A DNA stretch of 45,013 nt from Candidatus Woesearchaeota archaeon (GTDB taxonomy: Archaea; Nanobdellota; Nanobdellia; Pacearchaeales; GW2011-AR1), in contig CAYHYK010000001.1 of NCBI GenBank assembly GCA_964360985.1, positions 1 through 45,013 of the forward strand, in the 5' to 3' direction. The notes under the pieces were generated by a model. It did not search any database. It was not told where the DNA came from and saw nothing but the letters and a program-made list of their open reading frames with translations. The translations under genes were made by a program, and so were the position numbers. This document shows, in pieces, positions 25,479 through 32,192 of this stretch (positions within the stretch are counted from its first letter, which is position 1; every line of letters begins with the position of its first letter).

Positions 25479-25507
25479 GAGAACATTAACCTAAAGTTAA
25501 TTATCTC
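25479..25507. repeat. Island repeat copy D (29-bp palindrome)
   Basis: GAGAACATTAACCTAAAGTTAATTATCTC, followed by GTAGGAG (copy B is followed by GTGGGGG). Confidence 0.7.
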
Positions 25508-25589
25508 GTAGGAGACTTTAAAACTAAACCTCTCCAAAGTTACACCCCTCGGACCAAAAATATTTAAACTAGTGCCTCTTAAATAAATT

Positions 25590-26663
25590 ATGTCAAAAAG
25601 AGAAGATAAATTTACTGTTGTAGAACTATTTGCTGGAGCTGGTGGACTAGCTCTAGGCTTAGAAAAAGCAGGATTAAAGAACGTTTTTCTTAATGAAATT
25701 GATAAAAATTGTGTAGCTACTTTGAGAAAAAACAGACCTAATTGGGATATTACACATAAAGATATAAAAGATGTTGACTTTAAAGAGATACAAGCAGACG
25801 TTTTAACTGGCGGCTTTCCTTGTCAGTCTTTTAGTCACGCTGGAAAAAGATTAGGGTTTGAAGATACAAGAGGTACTCTTTTTTTTGAGTTTGCTAGAGC
25901 AGTTAAGGAAATTCAACCTAAAATATTTATAGCGGAAAATGTCGCTGGATTGGTTTCACATGATAAGGGAAGAACCTTGCAAACAATGTTAAGAATATTG
26001 AGAGAAGATTTAGACAGCTATGATGTTCAATATAAAATTCTTAATGCAGTTAATTTTTCAGTTCCTCAAAAAAGGCAGAGAATTTTAATCGTTGGGACTA
26101 AAAAGGGAATCAATTTTCAATTTCCAAAAGATCACGACAAAATAATAAACTTAAGAGAAGCTTTACAAGGAGTTCCTAAGTCCGAAGGAATGCAATATTC
26201 TCTTAAAAGAAAAAAAGTTTTAGACTTGGTTCCTCCTGGAGGTAGCTGGGTAAATTTACCAAAGGGTATTCAAAAAGAATTTATGGGTAAGAGTTTTTTT
26301 AGTGGTGGAGGAAAGAGAGGAATGGCGAGACGTATTTCTTGGAACGAACCCTGTCTAACATTAACTACTTCTCCTTCTCAAAAGCAAACTGAAAGATGCC
26401 ACCCAGAAGAAACAAGACCCTTTACAATTAGAGAATATGCAAGAATACAAACCTTTCCAGATGATTGGGAATTTACTGGGAGCGTATCTTCCCAATATAA
26501 ACAAATAGGTAATGCTGTTCCAGTAAAACTTGCAGAAGAAATTGGAAAACAAATAATCAAAGCCTTATCAAACACAAATGAAGATATTATTGAAGAGCCA
26601 ATCCAAACAAACCTACAAGCTTTTTCATATCCTCTTCAAGAATCATCACTGATTTTCCCCTAA
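25590..26663 (+). CDS. DNA (cytosine-5)-methyltransferase
   Basis: C5-MTase motifs in order: I 'FAGAGG', IV 'GGFPCQSFS', VI 'ENV', VIII 'QKRQR', X 'GNAVPV'. Confidence 0.92.
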   Translation: MSKREDKFTVVELFAGAGGLALGLEKAGLKNVFLNEIDKNCVATLRKNRPNWDITHKDIKDVDFKEIQADVLTGGFPCQSFSHAGKRLGFEDTRGTLFFEFARAVKEIQPKIFIAENVAGLVSHDKGRTLQTMLRILREDLDSYDVQYKILNAVNFSVPQKRQRILIVGTKKGINFQFPKDHDKIINLREALQGVPKSEGMQYSLKRKKVLDLVPPGGSWVNLPKGIQKEFMGKSFFSGGGKRGMARRISWNEPCLTLTTSPSQKQTERCHPEETRPFTIREYARIQTFPDDWEFTGSVSSQYKQIGNAVPVKLAEEIGKQIIKALSNTNEDIIEEPIQTNLQAFSYPLQESSLIFP

Positions 26664-27294
26664 AGTAATCGTTTATCGCTCTTGGAAGAGCTAACCAGGT
26701 TTTTTTCAAAGCATCTTTATCTCTAGTAACTAATTCATAGACCTTAGAACCATAAATAACTCTTATTCTATCACTCGCTTTCCTTCCTTTTTTAATCCAA
26801 ACCTTGTCGCCAGAGGAATTATTTTTTGAAATTATAAACGCCCAGTATGCTTTAGCTGTTCTATTCTGTTGAATTGCTTTTTCCAATTTATCTCTAACTT
26901 TATCTAACGAATCAGAATTTACAGTATTGAATTTATTTTTCAATTCTATAAATATGGACTTATCTTCTTTCATCAAGTCAACTTTGGAATCATCTCCAGT
27001 TCCTAAGTCCATCCATCCCTTAACATTACCTAATAATTTTTGATGAAACTCTCCAATTCTGTTATTTAGAGTCTTATCCGCCTGCCTCATTTCTTCATTT
27101 TTTAACCAAGTATCAAAGTTTAATCTTTTGTTTATCAAATCGAATATAGTCTTAAATGGATCTAATCCGTTGCTTCTTAAATCATCGATAGATAAATTCT
27201 CTCTTGCTTCGGCATATCCTTTACAAACATGTTCTACACACTTCAAAAAATCTTTATCTGAAACAAAATTCACATATTTGTTTTTTCCAAACAT
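26587..27294 (-). CDS. Type II restriction endonuclease candidate (possibly Eco47II/Sau96I-like)
   Basis: Convergent partner of the MTase. 'VDLMKEDKSIFIELKNK' gives a D...E-x-K core. ATG 27294 has a TATA-like box about 25 nt upstream. Family assignment is from memory only. Confidence 0.55.
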   Translation of the reverse strand: MFGKNKYVNFVSDKDFLKCVEHVCKGYAEARENLSIDDLRSNGLDPFKTIFDLINKRLNFDTWLKNEEMRQADKTLNNRIGEFHQKLLGNVKGWMDLGTGDDSKVDLMKEDKSIFIELKNKFNTVNSDSLDKVRDKLEKAIQQNRTAKAYWAFIISKNNSSGDKVWIKKGRKASDRIRVIYGSKVYELVTRDKDALKKTWLALPRAINDYFRGKSVMILEEDMKKLVGLFGLALQ

Positions 27295-27351
27295 AGTTCT
27301 ATTACTCTGCACTCATTTTTAACTATTGTTATTGATCAAATCAATCACCAA

Positions 27352-27714
27352 CTATTCCTCTTTCTTCCTCAATATCTTATCCATTTTTCTTCCCTGTGCC
27401 AATTCATCAATTAATTTATCAAGATAACGAATATTTCTCATAAGTTTATCTTTAATATCCTCTATGCGATACCCGCAAATTACTCCTTTTATTAATGAAG
27501 CGTTGGGATTAATTTTAGGTGCTTCTTTAAAAAAGGTTTCAAGATCACTTTTTTTATTCAGTTGCCCCTGTAAACCTTTCTTATCATAACCAGTTAGCCA
27601 AAAAATAACTTCATCAACCTCTCCTTTTGTTCGTCCCTTTCTTTCTGCCTTTTGAATATACATTGGATAAACACTAGCAAATATTATAGCGTAAACCTTT
27701 TCTTTTTGCCTCAT
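27352..27714 (-). CDS. DUF2200-family protein
   Basis: '[32 protein letters not shown]...[27 protein letters not shown]...[23 protein letters not shown]' matches my recollection of DUF2200. Confidence 0.55.
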   Translation of the reverse strand: MRQKEKVYAIIFASVYPMYIQKAERKGRTKGEVDEVIFWLTGYDKKGLQGQLNKKSDLETFFKEAPKINPNASLIKGVICGYRIEDIKDKLMRNIRYLDKLIDELAQGRKMDKILRKKEE

Positions 27715-27828
27715 CACAAGAATAATATCTCATTTTTATTTATAAATATATTGAAAGACCTTTACCTACAATATATTATAATACCTAAAAAAAGAAAAAT
27801 TTATAAGTAAGGAAATTCTTACTTTATC

Positions 27829-28062
27829 ATGGAAACTAAAATAATTAAAGTAACTCATAAGGGTCAGATTTCCTTACCTGTGGGAATAAGGGATTCGTTA
27901 AAAATTAGACAAGGAGATGAATTGTTTATTACAAGAAACGAGGATGCTATTGTAATAAAGAAAGTTAAGAAAGAAGATTTCGGTTACTTATTAAAGCATT
28001 CTGAAAAAGTTGCAAAAAAGCTTTGGGATAATAAAGAAGATGAGGTTTGGGATAATGTATAG
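27829..28062 (+). CDS. mazE: AbrB/MazE-type antitoxin
   Basis: 'THKGQISLPVGIRDSLKIRQGDEL' is an AbrB-fold motif. Its stop overlaps the MazF start. TTTATAAG (27800..27807) lies about 25 nt upstream. Confidence 0.7.
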   Translation: METKIIKVTHKGQISLPVGIRDSLKIRQGDELFITRNEDAIVIKKVKKEDFGYLLKHSEKVAKKLWDNKEDEVWDNV

Positions 28063-28387
28063 ACAAGGTGAGATTGTTATTGTTCCTTTTCCTTTTTCAG
28101 ATCTAAGTGCTATTAAACAAAGACCTGTCCTTGTTCTATCAAAAAATATGGATAATGAAAAGACAGAGGATATAATAACTTGCGGAATTACTTCAAACAT
28201 TAAGAATTCAAATTATTCTGTCTTAATAGAAAATAAAAATTTAATTGAAGGAAAAATTCCTAAGCCAAGTAGAATTAAGATTGATAAGTTGTTTACAATA
28301 AACAAAGAGATTGTTAAGAAAAAAGTTGGAAGAGTGGATAAAGAAACTTTTGAAAAAATGAAATATGAATTTATTAAATTAGTTTAA
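28055..28387 (+). CDS. mazF: MazF/PemK-family endoribonuclease toxin
   Basis: 'MYRQGEIVIVPFPFSDLSAIKQRPVLVLS' is the PemK N-terminal signature. ATG 28055 overlaps the antitoxin stop; the track start at 28010 is upstream and non-ATG. Confidence 0.8.
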   Translation: MYRQGEIVIVPFPFSDLSAIKQRPVLVLSKNMDNEKTEDIITCGITSNIKNSNYSVLIENKNLIEGKIPKPSRIKIDKLFTINKEIVKKKVGRVDKETFEKMKYEFIKLV

Positions 28388-28399
28388 TTATAGATTAAT

Positions 28400-29755
28400 C
28401 TAAAATCTTCTTCTGCTAGACCTATGTGCACCATATCCTCTTCTTGAATTATTTCTGTCTCCATATCTGTCTTCACTGTTTCCTCTATCTCTTCCTCTTC
28501 CAAAGTTTCTTCCGCTTCGCTCGTAACCTCTTCCGCCACTGCGTCCTCCACTGTAACCTCTAGAGCCGCCATATCCACGTCCACGTCCTCCATATCTACC
28601 TCTACTTTCGCCTTCATCATCTCCTCCAGACATATTTACCATTATCTTCTTGAATTCAGGAACAGTTATCTTTTGAACTTTTAAAGATGGATCCATTAAA
28701 ACTTTTCTAAAATTAGTAAAATCTCTCTCAGATAATATTGTAATTGCCTTTCCTTCTTTTCCCGCTCTTGCCGTTCTTCCTACTCTGTGGATATAATCAG
28801 TACTCGTTTTAGGAGAGTCATAATTGTAAACATGAGAAACATTCTTTATGTCAAGTCCTCTAGCAGCAACATCAGTACAAACTAAAATAAATTTCTCACT
28901 TTTATGAAAATGTTCTATAATCTGGTTTCTTTTAGCCTGGCTCAAATCTCCATGTAAAGCCATTGCATCTAAACCGTACCTTCTTAAGTTATTTCCTATA
29001 AATCTAGCATTTCTTTTCGTATTACAAAATACCATTACTAATTTAGAGTTTTCCTCTCCAAGCAAATGAACCAAAAGAGAAAATTTCTCTTTAGAAGAAA
29101 CTTCATAAAAAACTTGTTCCAGTTTAGAAGAATCTACATAAGACTCAACAGCAACTTCAGTAGGGTGATTCATATAAGCTCTAGCAATTTCACGTATATC
29201 AGAAGAAATAGTAGCAGAAAACAATAAAGTCTGTCTTTTCTTTGGACAGCTTTGAACTATTTTAGTAACATCTTTGTAAAAACCCATATCAAGCATTCTA
29301 TCTGCTTCATCCAAAACCAAAAAATCAATTTTAGACAAATTAATAGTTCTTCTTTCTATATGATCAAGTATTCTTCCAGGGGTTCCAACAGCAACATCCG
29401 CCCTTCCTAAATCATGAATTTGAGGATTTATTGAAACTCCTCCATAAACTGAAACTATCCTTAAATTATGATGCCTTGCAAATACTTTTATTGACTTAGC
29501 AACTTGTTCAGCAAGTTCTCTTGTAGGAGCAAGAACTAATGCCCTTAAACCCTCTCCATGTTTTATCTTTTCAATTATTGGCGCTCCAAAAGCAAGTGTC
29601 TTTCCACTTCCAGTTGCACTCTCTCCAATAACATCTTTTCCAGCTAAAGCTAAAGGAATTACTCTTTCCTGTATTTCACTTGGTTCTTTAAAATGAATCT
29701 CTTCCAAAACTTTCAAAAAGTCCTGGCTCAGTCCAAGTTCTTTAAAACTTTTCAT
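28400..29755 (-). CDS. DEAD-box RNA helicase with an RGG/RG-rich C-terminal tail
   Basis: Q motif 'PSEIQ', 'ATGSGKT', 'PTRELA', 'DEAD', 'SAT' and 'HRVGRTARAG'. The last roughly 75 aa are Arg/Gly/Tyr-rich. Confidence 0.92.
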   Translation of the reverse strand: MKSFKELGLSQDFLKVLEEIHFKEPSEIQERVIPLALAGKDVIGESATGSGKTLAFGAPIIEKIKHGEGLRALVLAPTRELAEQVAKSIKVFARHHNLRIVSVYGGVSINPQIHDLGRADVAVGTPGRILDHIERRTINLSKIDFLVLDEADRMLDMGFYKDVTKIVQSCPKKRQTLLFSATISSDIREIARAYMNHPTEVAVESYVDSSKLEQVFYEVSSKEKFSLLVHLLGEENSKLVMVFCNTKRNARFIGNNLRRYGLDAMALHGDLSQAKRNQIIEHFHKSEKFILVCTDVAARGLDIKNVSHVYNYDSPKTSTDYIHRVGRTARAGKEGKAITILSERDFTNFRKVLMDPSLKVQKITVPEFKKIMVNMSGGDDEGESRGRYGGRGRGYGGSRGYSGGRSGGRGYERSGRNFGRGRDRGNSEDRYGDRNNSRRGYGAHRSSRRRF

Positions 29756-29791
29756 CTTGATATAATAGCAAATTTTCTACCCTTTTTAATA

Positions 29792-30295
29792 CTATGCCTT
29801 CTCTCCAGAAAACCCTGTTTTGTCAGGTTTGAAAACCTGCACAACTTCACTTCCAGTTATACATAAAAAAGAGATCAAACTTTGAGATTTTATCTCTCCT
29901 TCAAGATTATGAAATATCCATGGCTCTAATTTACCATTATAAATATAATTTCCTGAATAGGTAGCCATATGATTAAAATCAAACTTGTATCTCTCACTTA
30001 ATCTATCTTGATAATGATTATGATCAATTTTTACGCCTATAATATCTCCTTTTTCCAATAATGTGTAATCCAATTCGCCTTTAGTTCTTGTATCCCAAAA
30101 AACATTATTCACTTCGTGAAAATTCCAGACATTCCCAGGCTTCCACAATTTATTTTCCTTATCTTCTTCATATCCTAAAATAATATAATTGGAAGCTAAT
30201 CTAGCATATAATGCACACCATCCTGGACTATCTGCATAACCTCCAAACTTAGGAGCTTTAGGTACATATCTTCCATTCATAATTTCAAATTCCAT
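29792..30295 (-). CDS. Possible NlpC/P60- or CHAP-like cysteine peptidase/amidase
   Basis: Candidate Cys in 'SPGWCALYARL'. 'KGDIIGV' and 'FNHMATYSG....IFHN' follow the Cys...His...His order of the papain-like NlpC/P60 fold. Confidence 0.35.
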   Translation of the reverse strand: MEFEIMNGRYVPKAPKFGGYADSPGWCALYARLASNYIILGYEEDKENKLWKPGNVWNFHEVNNVFWDTRTKGELDYTLLEKGDIIGVKIDHNHYQDRLSERYKFDFNHMATYSGNYIYNGKLEPWIFHNLEGEIKSQSLISFLCITGSEVVQVFKPDKTGFSGEKA

Positions 30296-30317
30296 TAAAA
30301 TTCAATAAAAGTAGGTA

Positions 30318-30899
30318 TTAAAAACCCTGCGTTTTTCCCCAAACCAATATAAACCTCTCATCCTTAGCCAAATTATTAATATATTTAACAAAACTCCCCA
30401 TTCCATTTTTATCTATCAAAATAAAACAATTTCCCTCTGGCTCAAAAATATAACTTTTTGCCTCATTATCTGTATAAGTCATATATCCTCCCCATTCTTT
30501 TTTCCATTTATCTGCAAAAACAAACATAAATTCCATTCCCTCTCGATCGTCCTCTGAATCATGAAGTAACGTATAATCTCTATGTTTAAAACCCAAAATA
30601 TTCACATTAACTCCATTGATTACCTCCCCACTTATCTTTGAAATAAATTCAGAAAAATCCCTGGAATTAAAAAATTTTCCAACCCCGCTTAAATCTCCCA
30701 ATTCTTCATAAGAATATCTATCTGCAATTTTAACCTTTTCCCCTTTTATATCCTTAATAAGATTAAATAATTCTTTGTAAACCTCAGGTTTCAAAAAACT
30801 CTCTAGTTTTATCATTCTATTTTGAGAATAACTCTCCTTCATCTGCATCACTACCTCTTCATTGATATACATCCCATTTAAGAATTTTCTAAAATCCAT
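30318..30899 (-). CDS. Degenerate double-stranded beta-helix protein resembling the Ofd1/Tpa1 C-terminal domain
   Basis: 'HRDYTLLHDSEDD...WGGYMTY...NCFILIDKNGMGSFVKYINN' has no distal His. ATG 30899 lies 2 nt after the upstream stop; the track start at 30917 is GTG. Confidence 0.5.
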   Translation of the reverse strand: MDFRKFLNGMYINEEVVMQMKESYSQNRMIKLESFLKPEVYKELFNLIKDIKGEKVKIADRYSYEELGDLSGVGKFFNSRDFSEFISKISGEVINGVNVNILGFKHRDYTLLHDSEDDREGMEFMFVFADKWKKEWGGYMTYTDNEAKSYIFEPEGNCFILIDKNGMGSFVKYINNLAKDERFILVWGKTQGF

Positions 30900-30900
30900 T

Positions 30901-31512
30901 TTAATGTAACCATCCACCTATAGCATATCTCTTTTTATCACTTAATACTTCTTCAACCTCGTGAAAACTTTTATCACCTACTTCAAAAATCAATAAAGAA
31001 TTCCATATAGGTATGTGTTTCTCTCTAGCTATCCAGGGCATCCCGTTTTCAGAATCAAATAAAACAAATGTTCCTCCATCCTCCTTCTTAAAATCTCTAC
31101 TCAAATAATAAACATAAGCTATTTTTCTTCCTTCTAGTTTATCATCATGACACAAAAGGTAATCTCCATTTTTATATAAACTGCCAGCCATATCAATTTT
31201 CCCTATTTTTAATTTTATTCCACTTATTTTCTCTACCCATTCCTCAAATTCTTTAGAACTAAAAAACTCATAAAATTTCTTTAATGTGTTATTTTTAGTA
31301 TGCATTAAATCATCCGTTTGATTCAAAGAAAACAAATCACTTTCCTTGTATTCAAATTTTTCTTCTTTCAAAGCATCAAAAATCTTCCTCGCTTCCTCTT
31401 CATTCAAGAAATTATCAATAACTAAATGTTTGTAAGGCATTCCATTTGTATACCTTTCTTTTAATTTCTCTCTATTTTCTTCCTTAATCAAATCCTTATT
31501 AATAATTTCCAT
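30901..31512 (-). CDS. 2OG-Fe(II) oxygenase, OGFOD1/Tpa1/Ofd1-like prolyl hydroxylase catalytic domain
   Basis: 'YKHLVIDNFL', the HxD in 'LCHDDKLEGRKIAYVYYL', 'GGTFVLFD', the distal His in 'SFHEVEEV', and 'RYAIGGWLH'. Confidence 0.7.
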   Translation of the reverse strand: MEIINKDLIKEENREKLKERYTNGMPYKHLVIDNFLNEEEARKIFDALKEEKFEYKESDLFSLNQTDDLMHTKNNTLKKFYEFFSSKEFEEWVEKISGIKLKIGKIDMAGSLYKNGDYLLCHDDKLEGRKIAYVYYLSRDFKKEDGGTFVLFDSENGMPWIAREKHIPIWNSLLIFEVGDKSFHEVEEVLSDKKRYAIGGWLH

Positions 31513-31537
31513 CTATTCAAGTAAAAAAACACTAAAT

Positions 31538-32146
31538 TTAAACCTTTTTAATTTTCCTTCCTATACCTGTAATTATACTGCTAAGTGCCCCACCTAAAAT
31601 TCCGAGTCCTATATCTTTAACAGCGTCCTGTGCATCTCCCTGTTCTCCTAAATAATTGCTAACTGTCAATCCATCATTTCTAATAGCAGTATATCCATAT
31701 TCAATTGCCTCAAAAATACCTTTCAAGGCAGAAACAACGAAAAATGCAACTACTAACCCTCTCCATCCTTTAGGAACTAAAAATATCCTGTTTAAGAATT
31801 CGTAAAGAGGATAAAACATTAGTACTCCGAAAAGAAAATGCACTAGCCTATCATAATGATTTCTACTTAATCCATATAATTCCTTCAGATAATCGAATAA
31901 TGGAACTTCCGTATAACTATAATGTCCTCCTATTGCATGCAAAACCAAAAATATAAAAATTAAACTATAACTTAAATTAGAAAATCTAAATTTCCTATAA
32001 GTTAATATTAATATTCCAACAAAAATAACAGGCATGATGTTTTCATCTACCCACACACTTCTATAGTTAGGTTCTATAGCTGCCCATATCCAAACTAAAA
32101 TATAAGTCACTAATAATATCTTTGGATAACTTTTGTTAAAATTCAT
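31538..32146 (-). CDS. YjdF/DUF2238-like inner membrane protein
   Basis: Five to six TM segments. 'HAIGGHYSYTEVP' and 'RNHYDRLVHFLFG' match my recollection of DUF2238. Confidence 0.5.
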   Translation of the reverse strand: MNFNKSYPKILLVTYILVWIWAAIEPNYRSVWVDENIMPVIFVGILILTYRKFRFSNLSYSLIFIFLVLHAIGGHYSYTEVPLFDYLKELYGLSRNHYDRLVHFLFGVLMFYPLYEFLNRIFLVPKGWRGLVVAFFVVSALKGIFEAIEYGYTAIRNDGLTVSNYLGEQGDAQDAVKDIGLGILGGALSSIITGIGRKIKKV

Positions 32147-32192
32147 ATTTATTTAAAGAGAATGTATAATTTAAGGGTTATGGTGCATTAAA

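Noticed and set aside
23381-25507. Interpretation of the island repeats as integron attC sites (archaeal integron).
   Set aside because: No IntI-like integrase or attI is in the window. The palindromes are about 29 bp, shorter than typical attC sites, and their ends do not fit the RYYYAAC/GTTRRRY consensus. Module genes face both directions. The idea is kept only as a looser 'recombinase-site-flanked modules' hypothesis.
28384-28620. Acidic 78-aa ORF (EEE/VEE-rich) on the minus strand.
   Set aside because: It is an alternate same-strand reading frame within the helicase RGG-tail coding repeats. Its composition is a frame artefact of GGN/CGN-rich DNA.
30899-30917. The 17-nt overlap between the two 2OG-oxygenase-like ORFs as a programmed frameshift site fusing them.
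   Set aside because: The overlap exists only if the track's GTG start (30917) is used. An ATG at 30899, 2 nt after the upstream stop, gives a normal coupled gene pair, and no slippery heptamer is evident.
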